Assembly (NCBI GenBank): GCA_035934555.1
Contig: DASYXT010000141.1
Coordinates: 25,812 to 89,811, forward strand
Direction: 5' to 3'
From: Verrucomicrobiia bacterium
GTDB lineage: Bacteria > Verrucomicrobiota > Verrucomicrobiia > Limisphaerales > UBA8199
Length of the DNA: 64,000 nucleotides
Shown: positions 17,334-26,612 of the stretch, piece by piece
How the letters are laid out: each line of letters starts with the position of its first letter
Numbering within the stretch: position 1 is the stretch's first letter
Made by a program: the position numbers and the translations under genes
Notes under the pieces: model-generated
Databases searched by the model: none
What the model was told of the DNA's origin: nothing
Seen by the model: only the letters and a program-made list of their open reading frames with translations

Positions 17334-19505
17334 ATGAGCCTAAGGACGCAAGTTCGCACGGGATGGACGACAGTAGTGGTAGTGGCGGGAGTATTTGTCG
17401 CAGGGCAAGCGCCGAGTGCGCAGGCCGGCGAAGCGGTGCCATTACAGTATCCGCAGGCGCCGCGGGACGGTACGGTTGATACTTACTTCGGCGTGAAGGT
17501 GCCGGCGCCGTATCAGTGGATGGAGAACCTGGAGAACCCGCAACTGGCCCCCTGGATAGAAGCGGAGAATAGGCTCACGGAGGCGTATATGGAAAAAATC
17601 CCCGTGCGCAAGCGGATAAAGGAACGGCTGACGACGCTTTGGAATTATGAACGGGAGAGCACGCCGCAACAGGTCAAAGGCGGCCGGATTTTCTTCGGGC
17701 GGAACACAGGATTGCAGAACCAGTCGGTGTTGTTCGTGCAGGATTCGCCGGCAGGGACAGCGCGCGAACTGCTGGACCCTAACCGGCTCTCGCCCGACGG
17801 CTCGGTAGCGCTGCTGGGAGTTGAGCCGTCACCCCGCGGAACGCTGCTGGCGTATAACCTGTCGCAAGGCGGCTCGGACTGGCTGACGGTGCACGTGCGC
17901 GACGTGGCGACGGGAAATGACCTGCCGGACGTGATCCGCTGGGTGAAATTTTCCGGAGTCTCGTGGACGGAGGATGAGAAGGGATTTTTCTATTCGCGTT
18001 ATCCGGAGCCCCCACCCGGCAAAGCGATTAGCCAGCAGGTGATCAATCAGAAACTGTACTATCATCAGTTGGGAACGGACCAGAGCGCCGATAAGCTTGT
18101 GTACGCGCGGCCGGATATGCCGGAGTGGCTGGTCCAGGGAAGCGTCACCGAGGACGGCCGCTATTTATTTGTTTATCTGGAGAACGGGACCGCGCCGCAG
18201 AATGAGCTGTATTACCTGGACCTGGGCAACCCGCTGGAGCCGACGGTCGCCGGCACTCCGAAACCGCTGTACACGCGCAACGACGCCAAGTACCAGGTGG
18301 CTGGGAACGACGGGCCAAGGCTGTTCATTTATACGACACTCGACGCGCCGCGCGGGCGGGTGGTGGCGGCGAGCCTCGAGTCGCCCGAGCCTGGGCAGTG
18401 GCAGGCGTTGGTGCCGCAAACCGAAGCTGTGATTCAAAGCGCCCAGATGGCGGGAGGCCGGGTGCTGGTGGATTACCAGGATGTGGCCAAGAGCCGGGTC
18501 AGCTTGTTTGCCACCAATGGACAGGCGCTGGGAGATTTGAAACTGCCGACGATGGGCTCGGTGAGCGGCATTTCCGCCCGGAACGATTCTCAAACGGTGT
18601 ATTACGGATTCACATCGTTCCTGGTTCCCGAATCGGTTTACCGGCACAACCTTGAGTCGGGCGCGCGCGAGGTGTTTTTTCAGCCGCAGACGCGCTTTGA
18701 CGCGGCGCCGTACGAGCTGAGTCAGCAATTTTACACCTCGAAAGACGGCACCCGCGTGCCGATGTTTCTGCTCGCCAAGAAGGGCTTGAAGCGGGATGGG
18801 AATAATCCGACGATTCTCTACGGGTATGGAGGTTTTGATATCACGATTACGCCGCGTTACAACCCGGTGCTGCCGGTGTGGTTGGAGCTGGGGGGAGTCT
18901 ATGCGGTGGCGAATCTGCGCGGCGGCGGCACTTACGGTGAAAAATGGCACGAAGCCGGCATGTTGGGCCACAAACAGAATGTGTTCGATGATTTCGCCTG
19001 GGGCGCGAAATATCTGATCGCGCAAAAGATCACGCAACCGCGTAGGCTGGGAATCCAAGGCTACTCGAATGGCGGATTGCTGGTCGGGGCGAGTATAACG
19101 GAGCACCCGGAGCTGTTCGGGTCGGCGTATGCCGGAGCCGGCGTGCTGGATATGCTGCGATACCAGCGATTTTCGGGCGGAGCTTTGTGGGCGCCGGAGT
19201 ATGGCACCTCGGACAACGAAAAGGCGTTCCGCTGGCTTTACGCCTTTTCGCCGCTGGCAAATGTGAAGCGGGGCACTTGTTATCCGCCAACGCTGATCAC
19301 GACCGCCGACCATGATGACCGTGTCGTGCCGAGTCATTCATACCAGTTCGCCGCCGCGCTCCAGCAAGCTCAGGGCTGCGCCAACCCGATTTTGTTGCGA
19401 GTCGAAACCAAAACCAGCCACGGCTACATGCCGACGGATAAACGGATCGCGCAAACGGCGGATGTCTGGGCGTTTCAGGCGTACACGCTGGGGATGCGGC
19501 CGTGA
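17334..19505 (+). CDS. prolyl oligopeptidase (S9A), secreted
   Basis: The ATG at 17334 gives the signal peptide MSLRTQVRTGWTTVVVVAGVFVAGQAPSAQA. It has the N-terminal beta-propeller region and the C-terminal catalytic GYSNGGLL Ser motif, plus the DHDDRV and SHGY triad context. Confidence 0.9.
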   Translation: MSLRTQVRTGWTTVVVVAGVFVAGQAPSAQAGEAVPLQYPQAPRDGTVDTYFGVKVPAPYQWMENLENPQLAPWIEAENRLTEAYMEKIPVRKRIKERLTTLWNYERESTPQQVKGGRIFFGRNTGLQNQSVLFVQDSPAGTARELLDPNRLSPDGSVALLGVEPSPRGTLLAYNLSQGGSDWLTVHVRDVATGNDLPDVIRWVKFSGVSWTEDEKGFFYSRYPEPPPGKAISQQVINQKLYYHQLGTDQSADKLVYARPDMPEWLVQGSVTEDGRYLFVYLENGTAPQNELYYLDLGNPLEPTVAGTPKPLYTRNDAKYQVAGNDGPRLFIYTTLDAPRGRVVAASLESPEPGQWQALVPQTEAVIQSAQMAGGRVLVDYQDVAKSRVSLFATNGQALGDLKLPTMGSVSGISARNDSQTVYYGFTSFLVPESVYRHNLESGAREVFFQPQTRFDAAPYELSQQFYTSKDGTRVPMFLLAKKGLKRDGNNPTILYGYGGFDITITPRYNPVLPVWLELGGVYAVANLRGGGTYGEKWHEAGMLGHKQNVFDDFAWGAKYLIAQKITQPRRLGIQGYSNGGLLVGASITEHPELFGSAYAGAGVLDMLRYQRFSGGALWAPEYGTSDNEKAFRWLYAFSPLANVKRGTCYPPTLITTADHDDRVVPSHSYQFAAALQQAQGCANPILLRVETKTSHGYMPTDKRIAQTADVWAFQAYTLGMRP

Positions 19506-19557
19506 AGCGTAGAAGGGTGCTTAGGATAGACGACACACTGCGGACCCCTCACCCCGA

Positions 19558-19584
19558 CCCTCTCCCCTTCCGAAGGGGAGAGGG
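19558..19584. repeat. GC-rich hairpin (ccctctcccc-ttccgaa-ggggagaggg)
   Basis: A perfect 10-bp stem about 50 nt downstream of the prolyl oligopeptidase stop. There is no U-tract, so it may be a REP or a terminator-like structure. Confidence 0.6.
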
Positions 19585-19673
19585 AGGAACATCAGTAAAC
19601 CTGGGTGTAGTCCATGCTGGACTCCATAGTTATTGCGGTCCGCGTGCGCCTTTCAATGAGCAATGGAAGATTC

Positions 19674-19694
19674 TCGATTTCCAATTTTCAATTG
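19674..19694. repeat. partial copy of AT-rich element (tcgatttccaattttcaattg)
   Basis: It shares the TCGAT-n3-CAATTTTCAATT core with 28221..28243 and with the reverse complement of 49205..49232. Confidence 0.6.
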
Positions 19695-19731
19695 TCCCCT
19701 GGACCGCTCCACGCTCCACGCTCCCCCCGCC

Positions 19732-21168
19732 CTACGCTCCCCCGCTCCCCTGCGCGGGGTGGATGCCGAATTGGTGCAGCTTCTCACGGAGGGTAAGGCG
19801 GGAGACGCCCACCCAACGCGCGGCACGAGCCTGATTGCCGTGGGCTAACTCGATGGCGCGGCTGAACAGTTCGCGTTCGGCGGCTTGGGCGAGCCGGGCG
19901 TGGGCGTCGTCAAGCTCGCCGCGCTGGGCGGCGGAGAGGAGTTCTCCGACGAATTCGCGCAGGCTTTTCTGCCCCACATCCGCCGCCGCAGGCGGGTGAG
20001 TCAAAGCCGCGGCAACGTGCTCGGAGTTGATGGTGTAACCCTGGGCCAGCAGGAGCACTTTGCGCACGACATTTTCCAACTCCCGCACATTGCCAGGCCA
20101 GCTTTGGTTTTGTAGTAATTCGAGTGCATCCTGGTGAACCGACGGGTTGCCGGCATCCAACTCCGCGGCGTACTTGCGCAGAAAAAAGCGGACCAGCTCG
20201 GGAATGTCTTCTTTGCGTTCGCGCAGCGGCGGCAAGGTGAGGACGACCACGCTGAGCCGGTAATAGAGGTCCTCACGGAATTGGTGTTGGCGGATGGCGC
20301 TTTCGAGGTCGCGGTGGGTCGCCGCCAGCACGCGGACATCGACGGGAATCATCTCCTTGCCCCCGAGCCGCTGGAGGGTTTTTTCCTGCAACACGCGCAG
20401 TAATTTTACCTGGGTGCCGGGCGTCATGTCGCCGATTTCATCGAGGAAAATGGTCCCATGATCGGCTTGTTCGAAGCGCCCGATGCGGCGGGTTTCGGCG
20501 CCGGTGAACGCGCCGCGTTCGTGGCCGAAGAGTTCGCTCTCGAGGAGCGTTTCGGGGATGGCGGCGCAGTTGATGGCAATGAACGGGGCGGCCGCCCGCT
20601 CGCTGTGCTGGTAAATGGCGCGGGCGATGAGTTCCTTGCCGGTGCCGGTTTCGCCGCGGATGAGCACGTTGAGCGGCTTGGCGGCAATGCGGCCGATTTC
20701 CTTATAGATAACCTGCATCAGGCGGCCGTTACCCACTAAAACGCTGCCGGACGGTTCGGCCGGCGACGCACCGAGAGCGACGGGTTCGGTCATCAAGCGG
20801 CGGCTAGTCACGGCCCGCTCCACTAACTGCAGCAGCTCAGGCATTTCGAAAGGCTTGAGCAGGTAATCGTACGCACCGGATTTGGTGGCTTCGATCGCCG
20901 TCTCGGTGGTGCCATGCGCGGTCATCAGAATCAGCGGCAGCCGCGGGTGGGCCGCGTGGAGTTCGCGGACCAAATCCAGTCCGCTCACGCCGGGGAGCTT
21001 CATATCGGTCAGCACCAAATCGAACCCGCCGGCGCGAGCGCGCTGCAGGCCGGCATCGCCGCGAGTTTCCACCACGACTTCGTAGTTCTCCTCGGCCAGC
21101 ACGCGACGCAGAGTCATGACAATACCCGGATCGTCTTCGATCAAGAGGATGCGGCCGGCGGAAACCAT
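19732..21168 (-). CDS. sigma-54-dependent response regulator (NtrC/Fis family)
   Basis: REC domain (ILLIEDD...VLTDMKLPG), AAA+ sigma-54 interaction domain (GETGTGKEL, GAFTGA, the ESELFGHERGAFTGA GAFTGA loop, RxDLYYRL), and a C-terminal Fis-type HTH. Confidence 0.93.
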   Translation of the reverse strand: MVSAGRILLIEDDPGIVMTLRRVLAEENYEVVVETRGDAGLQRARAGGFDLVLTDMKLPGVSGLDLVRELHAAHPRLPLILMTAHGTTETAIEATKSGAYDYLLKPFEMPELLQLVERAVTSRRLMTEPVALGASPAEPSGSVLVGNGRLMQVIYKEIGRIAAKPLNVLIRGETGTGKELIARAIYQHSERAAAPFIAINCAAIPETLLESELFGHERGAFTGAETRRIGRFEQADHGTIFLDEIGDMTPGTQVKLLRVLQEKTLQRLGGKEMIPVDVRVLAATHRDLESAIRQHQFREDLYYRLSVVVLTLPPLRERKEDIPELVRFFLRKYAAELDAGNPSVHQDALELLQNQSWPGNVRELENVVRKVLLLAQGYTINSEHVAAALTHPPAAADVGQKSLREFVGELLSAAQRGELDDAHARLAQAAERELFSRAIELAHGNQARAARWVGVSRLTLREKLHQFGIHPAQGSGGA

Positions 21169-21222
21169 AGCGCAGGCAGGTTATGGGCAGTGCGTGCAGC
21201 CGTCAAAAACGGAATTGCCAGT

Positions 21223-22539
21223 TCAGGCGATGCGTGGCAGCACGACGCCAAAGATGGTGCCGCGGTTCACGAAGGTCTGGTACTGCAAGGCGCCGCCGTG
21301 CTTTTGGACAATCCGCGCAGCGATAGCCAGACCCAGCCCGGTGCCGCCCTCTTTGGTGGTGAAGAACGGATCGAACAACCGCTTTTCAACCTCGGGCGGA
21401 ATGCCTTTGCCCGTATCGGCGACTTCGAGAATAACCGCCTCGGCAGACCCATCTCCGAGGCGTTTGAGGCCGGAACGGACGCGCAAGCTGATGGTGCCGT
21501 GCGTGCCGATGCTTTCTGCGGCATTTTGGATCAGGTTAATCAGGACCTGTTGCATCTGTTGCGGGTCAACCCGGACACGCAGGGCGACGGAGGGTTCGAG
21601 CTGCAGGTTGATGTGTGAACGCTCGAACTGCGGCCCGAGCAGGGTTTGGACCTGGCGCAGGGGTTCGTCGGCAGCCACCGCGACCAGGTGGGGTTCGGAG
21701 GGACGCGCGAAAAGAAGAACATCTTTGACAATGCGTTCGAGGCGGTTGATTTCGTCGGCGATGACTTGCGCATCGGCATGTTCAGGTGAGCCCGCCTGGA
21801 GATGTTTCTGTTGGATAAAAAGCCACGCTTTAATCGCGGTGAGCGGATTGCGGATTTCGTGGGCGACACCGGCGGCGAGCATGCCGAGAGAGGCGAGTTT
21901 CTCCTGGCGGTCCACGATGGCCTGGCTTTCCACCAAACGCACGCGCAGCGGCGCGACCAGGTCACCATATACGAACATCGCCAGACCACCGCCGGCGAGC
22001 AGCAGCAAGGCCAACGAGATAGCCAATAGCCAGCGCAGGTAGCTGAGCGAGCGGTTGGAATCCGCCAGGAATGAGTTCATGGAGTCACCGTGAGCGCCGG
22101 CCAACTCAAAACCGAGTTTGAGGATGCTCTGGGACTGGCGCTCGAAACCGGCGAAATCGCTCAGCGGGACGGTTTGGGGGTTTTGCGCGCGAATGCTTTC
22201 GCCGATGACGTGAGCGGCGGCGAGGTAGAAGTCGTAGTTGGTGTTGATGAGATCGAGAATCTGCTTCTCTTTTTCGGTGGTGAGGATGGGGCGTTCTTCA
22301 TCAATCCACAGGTCCAATTGTTTACTCACGCCCTTGAAGCGGACCCAATCGTTGGTGTTGTGGTAAACGCCGTAACGGAGGATGAGGTTGTTTAGCTGAA
22401 GAATGGTTTGCTGGAAATGATCCGCAATTTGGAAACTCTTTAGTTGAACATCGGTGAGCCTTTCGCGCAACTCACCGCCGCGGCGCCAGGCGCTGTGGGC
22501 CGCCCACGCGATCACGGCGACCATTGCGACCATTGCCAA
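21223..22539 (-). CDS. sensor histidine kinase (HisKA + HATPase_c) with N-terminal TM-flanked sensor region
   Basis: H-box LGMLAAGVAHEIRNPL, N-box LINLIQNAAES, G1 VADTGKGI and G2 GGTGLGLA. There are two hydrophobic segments, near residue 1 and near residue 190. Confidence 0.9.
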   Translation of the reverse strand: MAMVAMVAVIAWAAHSAWRRGGELRERLTDVQLKSFQIADHFQQTILQLNNLILRYGVYHNTNDWVRFKGVSKQLDLWIDEERPILTTEKEKQILDLINTNYDFYLAAAHVIGESIRAQNPQTVPLSDFAGFERQSQSILKLGFELAGAHGDSMNSFLADSNRSLSYLRWLLAISLALLLLAGGGLAMFVYGDLVAPLRVRLVESQAIVDRQEKLASLGMLAAGVAHEIRNPLTAIKAWLFIQQKHLQAGSPEHADAQVIADEINRLERIVKDVLLFARPSEPHLVAVAADEPLRQVQTLLGPQFERSHINLQLEPSVALRVRVDPQQMQQVLINLIQNAAESIGTHGTISLRVRSGLKRLGDGSAEAVILEVADTGKGIPPEVEKRLFDPFFTTKEGGTGLGLAIAARIVQKHGGALQYQTFVNRGTIFGVVLPRIA

Positions 22540-22657
22540 AATAAAGGCGGCCAGGCGGAGTTTAACGCCTTTGCCAAGGGAATGTGAGTCGAGCGTCGGC
22601 GATGCGATAGCAGCTTAGGGATAAAGCAATCGGCACGAGGACTCAAACGAAAAGAAT

Positions 22658-22714
22658 TGGTAAGAAAGTTACCAGTGCTGGCTAACCGCTTACCGCCTGA
22701 GCGGCCTGCCGCTC
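22658..22714. promoter_or_regulatory. candidate enhancer (UAS) palindromes
   Basis: TGGTAA-n5-TTACCA at 22658..22674 and GAGCGG-cctg-CCGCTC at 22699..22714, lying 60-110 nt upstream of the sigma-54-like promoter. Confidence 0.3.
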
Positions 22715-22770
22715 AAGCGTGATCTGGGAAAAACCCAAGAAAACGGGTGTTCCGGGCGACTCAGGTCGTC

Positions 22771-22786
22771 TGGCACGGTTTAGGCT
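22771..22786 (+). promoter_or_regulatory. candidate sigma-54 (-24/-12) promoter
   Basis: TGGCACGgtttAGGCT has GG and GC at the canonical 12-nt spacing of TGGCACG-n4-TTGCW, with two mismatches in the -12 TT. It is intergenic and divergent from the HK/NtrC operon. Confidence 0.4.
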
Positions 22787-22797
22787 ATTCAGAAATC

Positions 22798-22957
22798 GCT
22801 TCGGTAACGCGCGATGAGCGGCAGAATGCCGAAGCCTGCGGGTGAAAGTTAAAAGGCAGAGCTGCGGCTCGGCCCACCGCAGCGGGACAATTTAGCGGCG
22901 ACCCACCGCTCCCTGTGGCTCGGCTCACGCCCGCGACCGGCCACAGGGTTTTTTTTT
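22798..22957 (+). ncRNA. candidate sigma-54-dependent small RNA or terminator-containing leader
   Basis: It is defined only by the putative promoter at 22771..22786 and the intrinsic terminator at 22911..22957. No ORF of 60 aa or more is present, only a 12-codon mini-ORF at 22814..22852. Confidence 0.3.
22911..22957 (+). terminator. intrinsic terminator
   Basis: ccctgtggc(n20)gccacaggg is followed by a T9 run (22949..22957). It is orientation-specific for the + strand and ends exactly at the GTG start of the next gene. Confidence 0.65.
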
Positions 22958-23338
22958 GTGAATAGACGCAAGATTCTTCTCGCCGACGGTGATGAACCGG
23001 TGCGCAAGATGCTGAGCCGGGTGCTGGAGAGCGCTGGGTATGAAGCCGTGTTGGCGCGGGACATCCCGGAGGCGATGGAACAGGTGCAGGCGGCGCGGCC
23101 GGACCTTCTCCTTTTAGATATGGAGAATCCCAGTCAACAGAGCTTGCTGCAACCACTGCGGGAAGCTGAGCCGGATTTGCCGGTGATTTTGATGACGGGC
23201 TGGCGTTCCGGCGCAAACCGTGCTCTGCGCGAGAGCAGCGGACCAGTACTGGAGAAACCGCTGGACCTCGGATTGTTGCTGCAGCGAATCGAGGAGCTGC
23301 TGCGGCCGGCGTTAAGCGCGGAAGGTCGTGGAGCGTAG
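22958..23338 (+). CDS. single-domain response regulator (REC only)
   Basis: KILLADGDEPVRKML...PDLLLLDMENP...PVILMTGW is the REC fold pattern. The start is GTG. Confidence 0.8.
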   Translation: MNRRKILLADGDEPVRKMLSRVLESAGYEAVLARDIPEAMEQVQAARPDLLLLDMENPSQQSLLQPLREAEPDLPVILMTGWRSGANRALRESSGPVLEKPLDLGLLLQRIEELLRPALSAEGRGA

Positions 23339-23344
23339 AGGGAG

Positions 23345-24361
23345 TTAGAACTCCCAGGATGGGTTGATGTCCGCGTCGAGTGGGGTTGTTAAATCATGAG
23401 CCAGCTTGCGTTCGGCCAGAATGCCGATCATCGCGGCGTTGTCGGTGCACAAACCGGGTTGAGCCAGGCGAAGAGTCAGGCCGGCACGCTCACACGCGGC
23501 AGCCAACTCCCGACGCAGATGCCGGTTGCAGGTCACACCGCCGGAAGCCGTCACACACCGCACGTTCAATCGACGGGCCGCCCGCACGGTTTTACCTACC
23601 AGCACCTCAACAATGGCAGCCTGAACGCTGGCGCTTAAATTGCGCAGTTGTTGCGGCTCGTCAGCCAGGCCCGGATGGTCTCGCAGAAAGTACCGCACGG
23701 AGGTTTTTAGGCCGCTGAAGCTGAAATCGTCGTTTGGGTCATTGAGCATAGGGCGCGGAAAAGTGTAGGCTGTGGGGTCGCCGTGTTCGGCCAGGCGGTC
23801 GATGGTAGGGCCGGCGGGATACGGCAGGCCCAGCAGCTTGCCTATCTTGTCGAAACATTCGCCCGCCGCATCATCGAGGGTCGAACCCAACGCGGCATGG
23901 TCGAGTTCGCCACGCACGTGGACCAGCAAAGTGTGGCCGCCGCTGACGATGAGGGACACGTTGGGCTCGAAAGTCGAAAAGTCCGCGAGCAAAGGCTGGC
24001 CTTGAATCCAGGGCGAGTATAGATGTGCTTCGTGGTGGTGGACGCCGACGAACGGCAGGCGCAAAGTAAACGCAATGGCTTGGGCAGCCTTCAACCCGAC
24101 CAAAAGCGCGCTGGCCAAACCGGGACCTTGCGTGGCGGCAACGGCCTCTAGGGCGGCGGGCGTGCACCCGGCCTCGCGCATGGCGGCACGGGCGACCGGC
24201 AAGAGGTTCGCCAAATGCTCGCGCGCAGCCAACTCGGGAACCACGCCACCGTAAGGAGCGTGAAGGGCAACTTGCGATGAAACGGTGTTGGCGAGGACGC
24301 GGCCCCGGTCAATCAGGGCCGCGCTCGTCTCGTCACAGGAGGTTTCGAAAGCCAACAGCAT
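23345..24361 (-). CDS. tsaD: tRNA N6-adenosine threonylcarbamoyltransferase
   Basis: MLLAFETSCDETSAAL, GVHHHEAHL, and SGGHT...; Kae1/TsaD family across its full length. Confidence 0.93.
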   Translation of the reverse strand: MLLAFETSCDETSAALIDRGRVLANTVSSQVALHAPYGGVVPELAAREHLANLLPVARAAMREAGCTPAALEAVAATQGPGLASALLVGLKAAQAIAFTLRLPFVGVHHHEAHLYSPWIQGQPLLADFSTFEPNVSLIVSGGHTLLVHVRGELDHAALGSTLDDAAGECFDKIGKLLGLPYPAGPTIDRLAEHGDPTAYTFPRPMLNDPNDDFSFSGLKTSVRYFLRDHPGLADEPQQLRNLSASVQAAIVEVLVGKTVRAARRLNVRCVTASGGVTCNRHLRRELAAACERAGLTLRLAQPGLCTDNAAMIGILAERKLAHDLTTPLDADINPSWEF

Positions 24362-24455
24362 GGGCGGTCAAAAACGGAGCGCGGCCTTTAGTTGGCAGTA
24401 ACAGTCGAACCGAAGGCCGCCTGGATAACCTGGCAGCGCTTTGAGCATTCGAGCG

Positions 24456-24482
24456 GTGCTGCGGACTAAAGTCCGCGCGCCG
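24456..24482. repeat. REP-like element copy (gtgctgcggactaaagtccgcgcgccg)
   Basis: Same core as the 17069..17278 copies. Confidence 0.9.
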
Positions 24483-24489
24483 CCGAAGG

Positions 24490-25821
24490 TCACTGGCCTT
24501 CAGTCACTTTATCCTGGCGGGCGACGCGGCGCTCGGGCAGCGGCGACCGCTCGGAAAACAAGTGGATGCCCTTGAGCAAGTCCATCGCCCGTTCGAGCTG
24601 GACATCATGGACCTGGGAGATGGCCTGACGTTCGGCCGGATCGAGACTTTCGACACCGCCGGGAACCCACTGAAGTTGGACTGCGCGAGCGGCCTCCTCG
24701 GACATGGGCACGAAGATGTCCGGCGTGATGCCCACCTCGTGAATCACTTTGTGGCTGGGCGTGTAGTATTTGGCCGTGGTCAGGCGCAGGGCCGAGCCAT
24801 CCGTTAAAGGGAGGATGCTTTGGACCGAGCCTTTGCCGAATGTTTTCTCACCGAGAATGATGGCACGTTTGAGGTCCTGGAGGCAGCCGGCGACGATTTC
24901 GGATGCGCTGGCGCTGCCCAGGTTGACCAGCACCACCATCGGCATACCGGGGATTTCATCGCGGCCATTGGCGCGGTGGCTGGAATTCTGCGCGGCATTG
25001 CGGCCCTCAGTCGTGACCACCAACTGCCCGTGGGGCAGGAACTTTTCACAAACCCCGACGGCTTGTTCGAGCAGTCCACCCGGATTGCCGCGCAAATCAA
25101 CGATGAGCGATTGCATGCCCTCGCCTTTGAGTTTCTTTATGGCCGCTTCGAGGTCATCGCTGGTTTTTTCGCCGAATTGAACCAGGCGCACATAACCGAT
25201 GTTGTTTTCGCAAAGCGGGAATTCCTTCTTACCATGGATATCCTTGACCATGTCAATGCTGATGACCTCACGGGTAAGCTTGAATTCCTTGGTTTGCCTC
25301 GACGAGGGTCGGAACACAGTCAGGCTGACCTGCGTGCCGGGATCACCGCGCAGGATTTTCACCGCGTCGGAAGAACTCAATTTGTCGGTGCTCTTACCCT
25401 CGATGCGGACGATCCGGTCACCCGACATAATACCAGCCTTGAACCCTGGGCTGGTATCCATGGGCGCGACGACGGTGATAAAATTATCGCGCATCGCGAT
25501 GACGATGCCCAATCCGCCAAAGGCTCCTTGCGTGTCATTCTGGAGCTCCTTGTACTTCTCCGGCTCCATGAATTCGCTGTGGGGGTCGAGGCTGTTGAGC
25601 ATGCCTTTGAGCGCGCCATAGACCAGATCCTGGTAGGTGAGTTTCTCGCCATCGACGTAGTCTTTACGGACCTTTTCCAGGACATAAGAGAAGAGTTCGA
25701 GGCTGCTGTAGGGGGAGTCTTTTTCGGCGGCCTGGGCCGTGCTCATGTACAGGCGGGCGCCGATAACCAGGTTTAGCGTCAACCCCACGATCACCGCCCC
25801 GTAGATCACTCTTCGTTTCAT
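24490..25821 (-). CDS. carboxy-terminal processing peptidase (S41A, Ctp) with PDZ domain
   Basis: The internal ATG at 25821 gives MKRRVIYGAVIVGLTL (a membrane anchor). It has a PDZ domain (GLGIVIA...SPGFKAGIMSGDRIVRIEG), the catalytic VLVNLGSASASE Ser motif and the TFGKGSVQ Lys motif. The longer ORF to 26046 would overlap ispD. Confidence 0.9.
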   Translation of the reverse strand: MKRRVIYGAVIVGLTLNLVIGARLYMSTAQAAEKDSPYSSLELFSYVLEKVRKDYVDGEKLTYQDLVYGALKGMLNSLDPHSEFMEPEKYKELQNDTQGAFGGLGIVIAMRDNFITVVAPMDTSPGFKAGIMSGDRIVRIEGKSTDKLSSSDAVKILRGDPGTQVSLTVFRPSSRQTKEFKLTREVISIDMVKDIHGKKEFPLCENNIGYVRLVQFGEKTSDDLEAAIKKLKGEGMQSLIVDLRGNPGGLLEQAVGVCEKFLPHGQLVVTTEGRNAAQNSSHRANGRDEIPGMPMVVLVNLGSASASEIVAGCLQDLKRAIILGEKTFGKGSVQSILPLTDGSALRLTTAKYYTPSHKVIHEVGITPDIFVPMSEEAARAVQLQWVPGGVESLDPAERQAISQVHDVQLERAMDLLKGIHLFSERSPLPERRVARQDKVTEGQ

Positions 25822-25937
25822 AATCACTGGCAACTTAAGTTGGGCCAAGTTACGGGGCTTACCCGCTATTTGCAAGGAAGGTACTGACCCAAGAATTACG
25901 GGGCAGGTTACGAAATCCGCGGGACGCTCCCCCCGCT

Positions 25938-26612
25938 TCACGATCCGACAAGCAGCTCGATATAGGGCAGATCGGTCGGCTGGGTGACCTTGGGATTGGG
26001 CTCGCTGCTGGTCACGAGCTGCACGGATTGGCCTATCAGCTCGCACGCGGCGGTATCGTCGGTAACCAGCAGACCGCGCCGACGGACCTCAGCCAAGGCT
26101 CGGCGCAGGATCTCCACGCGAAAGGTCTGGGGTGTCTGCACGGCCCACAACCGCGACCGGTCCAGCGTGCGGGTGACGTGCTTGCCGTCAGCCGATTCTT
26201 TAATGGTATCGGTGAGAGGTTGAGCGGCGACGGCGGCGCCGGTCTGCCGGGCGGCCGCCAAAGTGGCTTGAATCAACGCAGGCCGGGCGCAGGGCCGGGC
26301 GCCATCGTGAATGGCGACGTATTCCGCGGCAGACAGGCACTGCAAGCCGTTCCAAACTGAGTCCTGGCGCTCCTTGCCGCCCGCAACGAGCTGGTACGGT
26401 TTGCGGAACCCTTGCTCGAGAGCGAGCGCCGCAAAGGCGTCCTCCATGCCGGTTCGCACCACCAGGATAATTTCATCGATACACCCGGCCTTTTCGAATT
26501 GCGCCCAGGTGTGGGCGATAACAGGCTTTCCATGCAGGGACAGGAATAGTTTATCGACATTAGGTCCCATGCGTGTGCCTTTGCCGGCGGCGACGATGAT
26601 GGCGGAAGTCAT
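25938..26612 (-). CDS. ispD: 2-C-methyl-D-erythritol 4-phosphate cytidylyltransferase
   Basis: [12 protein letters not shown]...KLFL..., VAIHDGARP and TDTIK are IspD motifs. Confidence 0.9.
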   Translation of the reverse strand: MTSAIIVAAGKGTRMGPNVDKLFLSLHGKPVIAHTWAQFEKAGCIDEIILVVRTGMEDAFAALALEQGFRKPYQLVAGGKERQDSVWNGLQCLSAAEYVAIHDGARPCARPALIQATLAAARQTGAAVAAQPLTDTIKESADGKHVTRTLDRSRLWAVQTPQTFRVEILRRALAEVRRRGLLVTDDTAACELIGQSVQLVTSSEPNPKVTQPTDLPYIELLVGS

